A stretch of DNA of 64,000 bases, taken from NCBI GenBank assembly GCA_963765895.1, contig CAVXZB010000024.1:1-64000 (forward strand). The letters are read 5' to 3'. Shown here piece by piece: positions 23,459-34,023 of this stretch (position 1 is the first letter of the stretch; each line of letters starts with the position of its first letter). The notes under the pieces were generated by a model. It saw nothing but the letters and a program-made list of their open reading frames with translations, did not search any database and was not told the DNA's origin. The position numbers and the translations under genes were made by a program. Source of the DNA: an uncultured Nitrososphaeraceae archaeon. GTDB lineage: Archaea > Thermoproteota > Nitrososphaeria > Nitrososphaerales > Nitrososphaeraceae.

Positions 23459-24736
23459 TTGTCCAAATCCCTTGGATCAGTAATTCTACCTTTCAAAGCC
23501 GACGCAGCAACAACAAGAGGTGAAGCGAGGTAGGTCTTTGAATCGACATGACCCATTCGCCCCGGAAAGTTTCTATTTGTAGTACTTATGCATACTTCAT
23601 CCTTTGCAAGCACACCCATATGGGCGCCACAGCAGGCCCCACAAGTAGGCGGACCAACTACCGCACCTGCCTGCATAAATATGTCGACTAAACCCTCTTT
23701 CAAAGCTTTCAAATATATTGATTGAGTAGCAGGCAATACCTCGGTTCTCACTTTCACCTTTTTACCATCCAGAAGCCTTGCTGACATTCTTAGGTCTTCT
23801 AATTTAGCGCCAGTGCATGAACCTATATAGGCCTTATCTATTTCAATACTTTGTAGTTCCCTAGCAGTACTGATATTGGCTGGAGAAAAAGGTTTGGCAA
23901 CAGTTGGTTCTAGCTTATTAATCTCATACTCATACATGTCTAAATATTGCGCGTTATCATCGCCGTGTATTGGTGAGTAATTAGATGTAGTAACGCTTGT
24001 TTATATAGTCGTACGTTACAGAGTCAGGTTCAATTATCCCACTCTTTGCACCCGCTTCAGTCGACATATTAGTTAAAGTAAGGCGTTCTTCCATACTGAT
24101 TTCCTTTATTATATCTCCGGTAAACTGCATCGACTTGTAGTTGGCCCCTTCTATACCTATATCAGCGATTATATGCAAAATCATATCCTTTGCCATGATA
24201 TACGCAGGTTTCCTTCCATTTAATTTGAAAAGTAACGTATGAGGAACCTTGAACCATATTTTTCCTTTCATCAAGACGTAAGCAATATCTGTGTGCCCCA
24301 AACCAGTGGCGAAAGCACCTGTCGCGCCGGTGGTATTAGTATGAGAATCGCCTCCGACGTATACTTGGCCGGGAAGAACAAGTCCTTCTTCGTGCGACAA
24401 AGTGTGGCATATCCCATACTGCCCTAATCCATATTTGAAGTGACGCCTTATCTCAAATTTTTTAGTCCATCTTGATAAGAGAGCAACATTCTCTGCAGAT
24501 ATCCGATCTGAGGCTGGCACGAAGTGATCCTCGCTAATCCAGACCTTATCCGGGTCCCAAACTCGATCGAACTTGTTTCCCTTTTTCTCCCACTCCGTCA
24601 GGATCTTTATTACACCAGGACCAGATACGTCGTGCATCATTACATTATCTACATTACCAAATACCACTTCATCTGGAGAGACAACACTTTTTCCAGATGC
24701 CCTTGCCAGAATCTTTTCCGTAATCGTCATTCCCAA
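23455..24736 (-). CDS. leuC: 3-isopropylmalate dehydratase/homoaconitase large subunit (frameshift near 23990)
   Basis: DSHT, IGSCTG, CGACCG, STTNRNFPGRMG. The frameshift is absent from the left copy. Confidence 0.9.
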
Positions 24737-24969
24737 TGAATATCACCAGACCGGGTAAACCTTGCACGATCGTGAATTAAAACGTTATGAACTTTGGTAC
24801 CATCTCTCTTCACATTCTTTTTACATAATTATCCGTTGTATTAGAGAGGGCCTTCTTTAAGTACCGGCACCATGTGAGTTTATGGTAGACTATAAAACAG
24901 GAAAACATCACAAAATGAATGGAAAAATAAAAAAGTGCTAGATATAAAAACACATCTGCCATCAGAATT

Positions 24970-25728
24970 TTGGAAGTAATACCCATAAAGTTAGCCCGGC
25001 AATCTAGAAAATTTGATTTTTACACTAATCTAGTTCATTCAGGTTTCGATTTCTTGGAAAATGATGTTTTGGTAATTTCAAGTAAATATGTATCCGTAAG
25101 TCAGGGATGTCTCATTTCTTTAAATAGAGTAAGAGTAAGTCAGAAGGCAATTGCAATATCAAAAAGATTCCAGATTCAGAAGGAACTTGCCGAGGTAATT
25201 CTAAGAGAATCTGACTGTATTTTAATGGGTATGCCCGGCTATCTTCTAACAACCAAGGATGGAATTTTGGCTCCAAACGCAGGAATTGATAGATCTAACT
25301 TACCGCCGCGCCAAATAGTTCTTTATCCAGTTAACCCTTTTTTGCTAGCTAAAAACTTGAGGTTGAAATTCCGGATCAATCTTGGAGTTAACCTTGCAGT
25401 CGTCTTCTCGGATAGTCGCTTAATGCCAACTAGGATAGGGACCACCGGCTTAGCAATAGGAGGAGCAGGCTTTGAACCAGTTGAAGACCAAAGAGGAAAG
25501 AGGGATCTATTCGGAAACGTATTAAGGGTTACAATGAAAGCTATCGCCGATGATTTTGCTACTATCGGTGTAATGATTATGGGCGAGAGTGATGAATCTA
25601 TACCCGCTGTAATTATAAGAGGAGCCCAAGTGAAGCGTACTGAGAGGGATCTAACTTGGCGTGACATGACTATTGAGCCCTCGCAAGATATATACATGAG
25701 AAATATTGCGTATGAATTCTCTAGATAG
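24970..25728 (+). CDS. cofE: Coenzyme F420-0:L-glutamate ligase family
   Basis: PNAGIDRSN, SDSR..RIGTTG, GKRDLFG. Confidence 0.85.
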   Translation: MEVIPIKLARQSRKFDFYTNLVHSGFDFLENDVLVISSKYVSVSQGCLISLNRVRVSQKAIAISKRFQIQKELAEVILRESDCILMGMPGYLLTTKDGILAPNAGIDRSNLPPRQIVLYPVNPFLLAKNLRLKFRINLGVNLAVVFSDSRLMPTRIGTTGLAIGGAGFEPVEDQRGKRDLFGNVLRVTMKAIADDFATIGVMIMGESDESIPAVIIRGAQVKRTERDLTWRDMTIEPSQDIYMRNIAYEFSR

Positions 25729-25786
25729 ATTAAATAATAATGACTCATAGAGTTTTAATATACCGCATGAACAGAGTTGTAATCTA

Positions 25787-26345
25787 TTGTCCGAGTTTCT
25801 AACAAAATATCCAAAACGCATAAGCTTCGTAAAGGGCCTCGTTGGCCTTATTCGTCACGAGGAAATCGAGCTAGACCAGTTAAGTATAACGGTCAAATTA
25901 AAAAAAGACGAGATTATCCGGACATTGATATCCGAGGGGTTTAGCCGCGTCAAGTTCGAAAATAGAAAGGCAGACTCAGATTGGTAATGGGTTTGCAAAG
26001 AAACTCATGAGACCATGGGAAATGCATGTCAGACTCCTGGATATGCACCAACATGGTTTGATCGCCATTCAAGCAGAGGTCGAAATATCCAGAAGATACA
26101 TACAGCATATTAGATCTGTCAGGGTTCCCGTGATATATGAATTAGAATCCATACTTAACAAGCACAAGATAGAATATCGTATATGGAATGAAAAGGTTCG
26201 GGACTATATTTCAAACATAATAGATAATCATCATATCCAACTTCGCGCACCGACTCTGCCAGCAATTCCTTGGAAGGTAATGGCCTGTGTCTGTGCAGCT
26301 ATTGCCTTAGTTGATGCCTTGAAGTTTACTTACATTTTGCACTGA
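25787..26345 (+). CDS. Conserved hypothetical protein (frameshift near 25975)
   Basis: Two ORFs join to match the intact 15476..16033. Confidence 0.7.
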
Positions 26346-26497
26346 CCCCGTGCATTCGTGTAGGCTTAAAGTCTAGATATGTTTTAGAAAATTCGATTTA
26401 TAGTGTCCACCGCTACTAGAATTTACAGCGAATTCATTGGCAGTTCTAGTCGTGCAAGAAACGGTAATATTTGATAATATGCTAAAAAAATGTCATT

Positions 26498-27616
26498 ATG
26501 GGTATTCCAGAGAAGATCAAAGCCATTGAAGATGAAATTCACAAAACCCAAATTAACAAGGCCACGGAATTCCACATTGGCCTTTTAAAGGCTAAAATAG
26601 CTCGCCTCAAGCGTGAGATGGAAGAGAATACTCACGGGAAGGTTATATCAGCTGGAGGTGCTTTGAGCGGATTTGATGTTAAGAGGACTGGTAATGGTAC
26701 CGTAGTCCTCATAGGACTTCCAAGTGTTGGAAAGTCGACCCTGCTAAATAGGTTAACAAATGCAAAATCTAGAGTTGCCTCGTATCAATTTACGACGCTT
26801 ACAGTTGTACCGGGAATGATGTACCACGATGGCGCTAGTATCCAAATACTCGATATGCCAGGAATAATTGGCGGAGCCGCTTCTGGTAAGGGACTTGGCA
26901 AGAGGGTATTATCAGTTGCTAGAGGCGCTGATCTAATCCTGATTGTACTTGATGTATTTCAAACCCATCATTTGTCCGTGCTAAAAAAGGAATTATTTGA
27001 TATGGGCATTCGAGTAGATGAAAAGCCTCCAAATGTTACTCTAGAAAAGACATCCACCGGAGGAATGTCAATAAATACTCAGGTCAAGATAGATATATCA
27101 GAAAAACTAATCAAGGAAATCCTTAGGATCTATGGTTTTCATAACGGTCGCTTAATTATTAGGCAACCAGGGTTAACTGATGAACAACTGATTGATATCT
27201 TGAATGGTAATCGAGTGGACATTCCTTCAATAATGGTATTAAATAAGATCGATTTAGTGAACCAAGGCTTTGTAAGAGAAATTCAATCAAAAATAGGATC
27301 TAATTTTGTGCCTGTCTCCGCAGACGCCAATATTAATATCGGGTCGCTAAAGGAAGCAATATATCGAAAACTCGAATTTATCAAGATATTTATGCGGCCG
27401 AAAGGCGGAGAAACTGATTTCAAAGAACCAATGATAGTCCGAGACGGATCCTCCATCGAAGACGTTTGCAACAAGATCCATCGCAATATGGCAAGGGAAT
27501 TTCGATTTGCAAACGTGTGGGGAAGGAGCGTCAAGTTTGCTGGCCAGAAAGTTGGTCTTGATCACCGACTTTATGACTCGGACATTTTGACAATAACAAA
27601 GAAGATCGGAGCATAA
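26498..27616 (+). CDS. DRG/Obg-family GTPase with TGS domain
   Basis: G1-G4 motifs plus TGS domain. Confidence 0.93.
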   Translation: MGIPEKIKAIEDEIHKTQINKATEFHIGLLKAKIARLKREMEENTHGKVISAGGALSGFDVKRTGNGTVVLIGLPSVGKSTLLNRLTNAKSRVASYQFTTLTVVPGMMYHDGASIQILDMPGIIGGAASGKGLGKRVLSVARGADLILIVLDVFQTHHLSVLKKELFDMGIRVDEKPPNVTLEKTSTGGMSINTQVKIDISEKLIKEILRIYGFHNGRLIIRQPGLTDEQLIDILNGNRVDIPSIMVLNKIDLVNQGFVREIQSKIGSNFVPVSADANINIGSLKEAIYRKLEFIKIFMRPKGGETDFKEPMIVRDGSSIEDVCNKIHRNMAREFRFANVWGRSVKFAGQKVGLDHRLYDSDILTITKKIGA

Positions 27617-27897
27617 GATTTTTAAAACTAACTAACAACCACTCGGCAGATCACCCAATACTACCATGAATGGAACTAATTTGTCTGAATAATCTGGATT
27701 GGCCAGCCGTTAGAACATGCAGAGGACACCTGGAATAAAGCCTTGGGATATACCAAAACCGATCCACATCTAGATCTAAATACTTGAACCAATCCTAGAG
27801 TGCATTTGTACAGGGCAGAAGTTGATATTGCTTGCTAAATATGCTTGTTGCAATTGGCAGTACCTTAAAAAAGCGGTAATAATTAACATCCAAGAAT

Positions 27898-30168
27898 ATG
27901 CTTGAAGGAAGTAAAACTTTATTCCACAAGGGCATCTTTGATTTTAAGATAAAACATCTTTTGGTAATCGGGGTTTTAGCTCTTGCTTTTGCTACCGGCT
28001 TTATAATGCGTTCATATCCTGTAAAGTACGGGTTTTATCTTAATGAATTTGACCCATATTTTGATTATCGCGCTACTAAATACATTGTAGATCATGGGCT
28101 TAATGCATATTGGAAATGGCAGGACATGATGTCATGGTATCCTGAAGGCAGAGATGTTCCTAAGACCTCTCAGTCCGGGCTCCATATTGTTTCCGCCTAC
28201 TTATACGAGATCTTTGGCGCTGGAAGTTCCTTATTAGATTTTACTATTCTATTGCCCGTCATTCTTGGCTCACTGACTACAATAGTAATTTTTGCTCTTG
28301 TGAGGACACTTGGTGGTACTACTGCAGGCATGTTCTCAGCATTATTGTTCGCCTTTACGCCAGCTATCATTCAAAGGGGAAATCTTGGCTGGTTCAAGTC
28401 GGAGCCGCTGGGCTTATTCTTTGGTCTGCTCGCAGTGTACCTTTTGATATCTGCGATCAAGCACAAATCATTAAAATATGCGATTCCAAAAGCAGTTTTA
28501 GGAGGCTTACTCCTAGGACTAGGAAACGCTTCCTGGGGAGGTGTTCAGTATTTCAGTATACCAATCTCATTATTTTTCATTGCCCTTCCGTTCTTCCAAA
28601 GAAATACTAGAATATCTACCTATGCGGCAATAGCCTTTACAGTCTTTTCGATAGCTAGCGCAGGCGCATTTCCAAGACCAGGAATCTCGTTCATACTAGG
28701 CCTTCCTGGTATCGCATTAATTGGAGGTACAGTTTTTATGATTGGCGCTGAGATCCTAAAAAGGATAAGTAGCGAACGCAAAGAAACCCGGAATTTACTT
28801 TTTTTGCTCGGTGGATTTGTAGTTGTAGGGTTAGGAGTCGTAATAGCAGGTGCTTATCATCCGGCATCTTTTAGATATCTAAATGCGATAAATCCCTTTT
28901 TGTCATCTCAAAACCCCCTCACAGCCTCGGTCGCTGAGCACTTTACGCCCACCTTGGTAGACTACTTCACAAATTATTCGATATTGTTAATGTTTGCCGG
29001 GATAGGGATCTGGATGGCGTTTAGATATCGGACTCCATCCTCAATATTTGCCTTGATAATTGGCATAACTGCTATCTACGTAAGTGCTACGTTTGCGAGA
29101 CTTTTGGTATTTGCATCAATTGGCATAATCGTACTAGCTGGATTGGGGCTTTATGAGATAACTCGCAGCTTTATGAGCAAGAGCAGTTCATCAGCCAGTT
29201 CAAGGCAGGTAAAGCCCGGAAAGATGTCAAAAGGTAGGAAATTTTCTGAGCGGTCAACTGAGCAGCCGTCAAAGAATCGCATTACTCTCATTGGTTACAC
29301 AGTACTCATTATTTTCTTACTAACCATCCCCATGATATATCCTCAGAATTCTGGCTGGTTAAGTCTTGCAGACATTCCACCTTCCATTGCCAATGGCGGA
29401 ACTGGATATAAGTTTCAAACGAACGACTGGTTAGATACTCTGGCTTGGATGTCAACGCACACCCCAAAGCGATCTGTTATTGCATCATGGTGGGACTATG
29501 GATACTGGATTACTACATTGGCAAATAGGACAAGTATCGCGGATAACGCTACCATCAATCAAACACGTATTGCGACGATAGCTAAAATGTTTATGGACAA
29601 ACCTGACATTGGCGCCAAAGTGGCCAGAGATCTTAAAGCCGACTACGTTTTGGTCTATATCGTTGCACAACGGTTTGCAGCGGGAAACGGTAGCTCTATC
29701 TATGCTTTGGGAAACGGTGGAGACGAGAGCAAGAAACAATGGTTCATTAGAATCGGTGGCTTTAATGAAAGCACGTATCTAGAACAGGACGGAGTTACAC
29801 CTACTCCCACATTCTGGAATTCCACATTGTTGAGTAAGATGATCCCATTTACGCCGCAATTTTACGCCTCATCTCAAAATGGACGACAAGTCTTACAACC
29901 AACTTACACTCCTGGAAGCTTTGCGTTATATACTGAAAACATAAAATATCCGCAGAACGAAACAAAGGACCAACCTTTTTCGTTAGTATATGCATCACCT
30001 AGTTTCAGAACCAACACCCCCGGTCTCGTCTTTGCTGTTTTGGTTTACAAAGTGAATCACGACTATGTGCCTAATTCGATTAGTGGCGGTTCAAATCCTC
30101 AACCTAATCATAATACGAACTCTAGCAAATCACACAAATTCCGTAACAAATACTTCCAGATCCACTAA
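27898..30168 (+). CDS. aglB: Oligosaccharyltransferase AglB/STT3
   Basis: Multi-TM N-terminal half, EFDPY, SVAEH, WWDYGY, DESKK. The last ~15 codons differ in frame from the left copy. Confidence 0.93.
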   Translation: MLEGSKTLFHKGIFDFKIKHLLVIGVLALAFATGFIMRSYPVKYGFYLNEFDPYFDYRATKYIVDHGLNAYWKWQDMMSWYPEGRDVPKTSQSGLHIVSAYLYEIFGAGSSLLDFTILLPVILGSLTTIVIFALVRTLGGTTAGMFSALLFAFTPAIIQRGNLGWFKSEPLGLFFGLLAVYLLISAIKHKSLKYAIPKAVLGGLLLGLGNASWGGVQYFSIPISLFFIALPFFQRNTRISTYAAIAFTVFSIASAGAFPRPGISFILGLPGIALIGGTVFMIGAEILKRISSERKETRNLLFLLGGFVVVGLGVVIAGAYHPASFRYLNAINPFLSSQNPLTASVAEHFTPTLVDYFTNYSILLMFAGIGIWMAFRYRTPSSIFALIIGITAIYVSATFARLLVFASIGIIVLAGLGLYEITRSFMSKSSSSASSRQVKPGKMSKGRKFSERSTEQPSKNRITLIGYTVLIIFLLTIPMIYPQNSGWLSLADIPPSIANGGTGYKFQTNDWLDTLAWMSTHTPKRSVIASWWDYGYWITTLANRTSIADNATINQTRIATIAKMFMDKPDIGAKVARDLKADYVLVYIVAQRFAAGNGSSIYALGNGGDESKKQWFIRIGGFNESTYLEQDGVTPTPTFWNSTLLSKMIPFTPQFYASSQNGRQVLQPTYTPGSFALYTENIKYPQNETKDQPFSLVYASPSFRTNTPGLVFAVLVYKVNHDYVPNSISGGSNPQPNHNTNSSKSHKFRNKYFQIH

Positions 30169-30552
30169 TAAGACTTAATCCTTTTTTGCTAGATTCGAGT
30201 ACTCTCTACAATCATATAATTGCCAATGATATACTGTCTCTATCCATAGAGAGTAATTACTCTATTGAATTTATATCTATTATAGACCAGTTCATACTAC
30301 CTTCGTACATCCTACAAAACTGGTTTACCTAGATGTTCCGCATCGTCGTTTTTCACTACCTCTCGTAGCTAAATGGAACGATACACTGCAGACCTTAGAG
30401 CATTTGACAAGAAGTTGAGTTATTACCATGCCCCATCGACGAAAATGTATCACTGAACTCTATCGGTAGACGCTATCTACAAAATGCCAACTGATAAAGG
30501 CCGCCTAAATCAAGCCGAAACATTATATTTCATGGTAGATACAAAAGATTAG

Positions 30553-30705
30553 ATGAACGCCTTCGATAAACATAGCAAAAATGTTACTGCATGGTGTGAA
30601 CGGTGCGATCAAGTGTTTGACGCTCTATCCACTGCGAATGTTCACAAGATCGAAACTTCTCACAGCGTGAGAATAATTGAGTTCTGGATCACGAAAAGGC
30701 GTTGA
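30553..30705 (+). CDS. 50-aa C2H2 zinc-finger microprotein (not in the ORF track)
   Basis: Manual translation MNAFDKHSKNVTAWCERCDQVFDALSTANVHKIETSHSVRIIEFWITKRR*, with C-x2-C-x3-F-x8-H-x5-H. Confidence 0.72.
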   Translation: MNAFDKHSKNVTAWCERCDQVFDALSTANVHKIETSHSVRIIEFWITKRR

Positions 30706-30728
30706 AAAATACGGAAGCCATTGCTCAA

Positions 30729-30761
30729 GTTATTCGCTAGGTATTCGCTAGTTATTCGCTA
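30729..30761. repeat. 11-bp tandem repeat (GTTATTCGCTA) x3
   Basis: Three units here (the middle one with 1 mismatch) versus two units at 11070-11091 in the mirror arm. Confidence 0.75.
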
Positions 30762-30799
30762 CTAGGATAGCAATGTGCTAAATATTATATTAGACTCGG

Positions 30800-31729
30800 T
30801 CAACCTTTCCTTAAGCCGCTAAAATTTGCATTCAACACATGTTTTCGAACTATTTTTAGAACTTCAAATATCGCATTTCTAATATCACCCGCCAAATGTC
30901 CAAGCATTCGCACAACTATTCCCGAAGAGCCTGGAAGGATGGAAGATCCTCCAACAATAGAATCAGACCCCCTCAACGTCGCATTTATCTCATCATTGAG
31001 GATTCGTACATATCTTCGCTGCGCGAGCACATATACGCTACCGACAACAGTATAATTGCCCAAAATTCCTATAATACTCAAATTTCTTTTTTTTGGTTCC
31101 AATATGGCTATATCGATAAATCGCAGATTATCCAAATAATCTCGTGCTACTGCCTTTAGATAGCAAATATCATATTCAAAGGACTCCCCACTTGCAACTC
31201 TGCCTGGAACAACCATCTCAGAATATACTGCCGTTGCATTTTCATGTACTTTGAAATTAAGAGTTTGGTAGAACCTTGAATCCCGATACGGAATAATTTG
31301 ATCGGGGATAAATTCAAAATAACAGTCTTCGTCGACTGATACATTCACCATCTGCGTTGCGAAATTTTTTTCCATCCTGTATATTCTGGTAGCCCCTTGT
31401 GTAGTTATGTGGGCACAAGCATTATTCGTAACCGTAATATCCATTCTATATCTATCGCCCTGTAATATTCCGCCAGACGGTGAAATAATAAATACATAGG
31501 CCATTGAGGGTAGAGATTCTTCTAGGTATAGTGCTCGTTGTGTAAAGAGGGGCACTCGGGAATACTGGTCGGTGATTATAGTCTTGTTCCTTTGTACGTC
31601 ATTTTCCAATCTTAATACTAGTGCTCCGATCTTACCAGCTTTTCCAATTCCTAGTTGATCGAGTTTTTGGTCATATGCAAGTACCTCTGGTGGTATATCA
31701 CCAGGCGTATAGTATTGAATCTCGCTCAT
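30800..31729 (-). CDS. ureD: Urease accessory protein UreD
   Basis: Mirror of 10102..11031. Confidence 0.93.
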   Translation of the reverse strand: MSEIQYYTPGDIPPEVLAYDQKLDQLGIGKAGKIGALVLRLENDVQRNKTIITDQYSRVPLFTQRALYLEESLPSMAYVFIISPSGGILQGDRYRMDITVTNNACAHITTQGATRIYRMEKNFATQMVNVSVDEDCYFEFIPDQIIPYRDSRFYQTLNFKVHENATAVYSEMVVPGRVASGESFEYDICYLKAVARDYLDNLRFIDIAILEPKKRNLSIIGILGNYTVVGSVYVLAQRRYVRILNDEINATLRGSDSIVGGSSILPGSSGIVVRMLGHLAGDIRNAIFEVLKIVRKHVLNANFSGLRKG

Positions 31730-31738
31730 CAACGTAAC

Positions 31739-32395
31739 CTAATTTTTCACTAAGGCTTTTGGAGTCTCCTCGAAAAGGACGTCCCTTATGATATTCTCGG
31801 CTACTTCATTTACTCCCTGACCTGTCCTTGAGTTAACAAATACATAAGGTTTGTTTCCACGAACGGTCTTGGCATCCCTATCCATCACTGTCAGGTCAGC
31901 TCCAACTGAGGGGGCAATATCTATCTTGTTTATGACCAAAAGATCACAAGTCTCTATTCCGAGCCCACGTTTTCTAGGGTATTTGTCGCCTCCAGAAACA
32001 TCTATAATATAAATAAAGTAGTCTGCCAAAGCAGGGCTAAACGTAGTCGTGATATTGTCTCCTCCGCTTTCAATTATAATCAGATCAAGGTAATCATGTT
32101 TGGATTCCATTTCTTCTACTACTGAAATATTCATAGACGGATCCTCACGCACAGCCGTATGCGGACATCCTCCAGTCGCTAGACCTATAACAAGATCTTC
32201 TGCCATCAGTCCCTTCTCAGTTGCCAGATTTCTTCTCATACGATCAGCATCTTCACGTGATACTACATCATTTGAAATTATCCCAACCTTATAGCCTTTT
32301 AAATACAAAAGAGGGACTACCTGCTCGATTAACATAGTTTTTCCTGAACCAACTGGCCCACCAATTCCTACTCGAGGTATTCTCTTTGAACTCAT
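31739..32395 (-). CDS. ureG: Urease accessory GTPase UreG
   Basis: P-loop and CPH motif. Confidence 0.97.
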   Translation of the reverse strand: MSSKRIPRVGIGGPVGSGKTMLIEQVVPLLYLKGYKVGIISNDVVSREDADRMRRNLATEKGLMAEDLVIGLATGGCPHTAVREDPSMNISVVEEMESKHDYLDLIIIESGGDNITTTFSPALADYFIYIIDVSGGDKYPRKRGLGIETCDLLVINKIDIAPSVGADLTVMDRDAKTVRGNKPYVFVNSRTGQGVNEVAENIIRDVLFEETPKALVKN

Positions 32396-32414
32396 TGGTA
32401 TTCGTACGATTTAT

Positions 32415-33125
32415 TCATGTAATAAACATTTTTGAAGGCATGAGCTCGTGAGCTATTTGGAAAATATCGATGCCCGGAGTAAATTGCCACATGCTGGACA
32501 ATGGTCTATTTATATTCTTTGCCACTGTAGCCAAGATCGAAGGTTTTAGTTGGTGGATCAATTTCTGACCATCAAGGTGCTGTATCATTCCTAACCTAAG
32601 AGCCGCTCCGATAATGCTGACAATAAAAGTGTAAAGCATCATGATACCACTGTTATATTTTGATATGCCTAACGATTGGCTTGCAACTGCCAGTGCGACT
32701 GGATAAACACCGGAGGCCTTGTTCTGTTTGATGGCTTCTTGAAATTTGGTGATGAATTCGTTACCAGGTAGGAAATAGTTTACGCATCTTAGAAGCTGAG
32801 TGCCAGACCTTGCAGATGCGTTCCTGACCTCTTCGATAAGCTTCATTGAGTAGATGGTTCGATCCACTTTTATCAATTCATTAATATTAGCCATTTCAAT
32901 ACAGCCGTATGATACGCCTAGAGCAGTGCAATCAGCCGGTCCTATCTGGTGCTCCAGATAGACTGTTATCATGGTCCTAAGCTCGTCGGGGGTTTTTATC
33001 TTATTTTCACTGTAAAATAGTGCCTCAAGTCCGCTAGATGTTGTATACATTCCGGTTGGAAAGAAGGAATCAGAAAGTTGTAAAATACTAATCTCCTCAG
33101 CCTGTGGATCATAGTTAGTGTTCAT
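32415..33125 (-). CDS. ureF: Urease accessory protein UreF
   Basis: LSDSFFPTG..HELMPSKMFIT. Confidence 0.93.
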   Translation of the reverse strand: MNTNYDPQAEEISILQLSDSFFPTGMYTTSSGLEALFYSENKIKTPDELRTMITVYLEHQIGPADCTALGVSYGCIEMANINELIKVDRTIYSMKLIEEVRNASARSGTQLLRCVNYFLPGNEFITKFQEAIKQNKASGVYPVALAVASQSLGISKYNSGIMMLYTFIVSIIGAALRLGMIQHLDGQKLIHQLKPSILATVAKNINRPLSSMWQFTPGIDIFQIAHELMPSKMFIT

Positions 33126-33627
33126 GAATATGTGATCCTTCTTCTGGTTCAAACACCATATGCGCCTTGTTTATCTTGATATGGTCAATTATAGGATCTA
33201 GGAGCTTTCTAAACATCTCGAGCTCTGTATCAGCCTGGATTGGAAAGTAGATTTTTCGACCCTCTATTCTAAGAGGCCTATGCAAATTTCCGATTGTATG
33301 CCCTAGCCGTACAGGAATTTCTATGGAATTCAGATTCCCAATATCTTCATTAATGGATATCGTGGCAACGTTTTCAGGTTCAATTTCGATTATGATCATC
33401 TTATTTGGACTAGACAAGACCACATCTTTGTGTCTTAGTAGAATCCCCTGCGGCAAAGTGAAGGCGATATCTGTTCCCTTATCGGAGGTCTTGCGCATCC
33501 TTACGCGTTGCGACTCGGACCTTTGAATCCGAATAACCTCACATAAGTTGATTTTTGACAATTGTTCGTATTTGTCTGCAAATTCTGCATCCTTAACATT
33601 CCCAAGTATAGAATTAATGGTAATCAT
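33115..33627 (-). CDS. ureE: Urease accessory protein UreE
   Basis: GHTIGNLH and HIHEH tail. Confidence 0.92.
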   Translation of the reverse strand: MITINSILGNVKDAEFADKYEQLSKINLCEVIRIQRSESQRVRMRKTSDKGTDIAFTLPQGILLRHKDVVLSSPNKMIIIEIEPENVATISINEDIGNLNSIEIPVRLGHTIGNLHRPLRIEGRKIYFPIQADTELEMFRKLLDPIIDHIKINKAHMVFEPEEGSHIHEH

Positions 33628-34023
33628 TTAGCCTATGACACTTCGCTTACCTGAGATTGTCTCATTCATATGTCTATCTTTGCTGCCCTTCTTTACTGCA
33701 TCAATCATGTTGAAAAGCCTCTGAGTGTAATCAACATAGCCGTAATGTTCGTATTTTGACGAGTCAACTAAGACAAATACTAGGCCATTTTCTTGCATCT
33801 TCACCTTAGCACCAATTTCAAACTTTTCAGCTACGATACAGGAGGTGACCTTATGATCTGGATAGTCCAAATTGAGATGAGAAGCTGGATCAATCATTCC
33901 AGACATGGACTTGATCATTCCCGCAACGACCACAACATGCCTTATACGAGTTGGGTCCAATACCAACATATTCTCATCAATATTCGACTCCTCCACGCAA
34001 TGACGTATAAGCAAACCTGGCAT
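33628..34023 (-). CDS. Small uncharacterised urease-operon protein
   Basis: ATG directly abuts the chaperonin stop (TGA-ATG). The C-terminal end differs between arms by one indel. Confidence 0.8.
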   Translation of the reverse strand: MPGLLIRHCVEESNIDENMLVLDPTRIRHVVVVAGMIKSMSGMIDPASHLNLDYPDHKVTSCIVAEKFEIGAKVKMQENGLVFVLVDSSKYEHYGYVDYTQRLFNMIDAVKKGSKDRHMNETISGKRSVIG

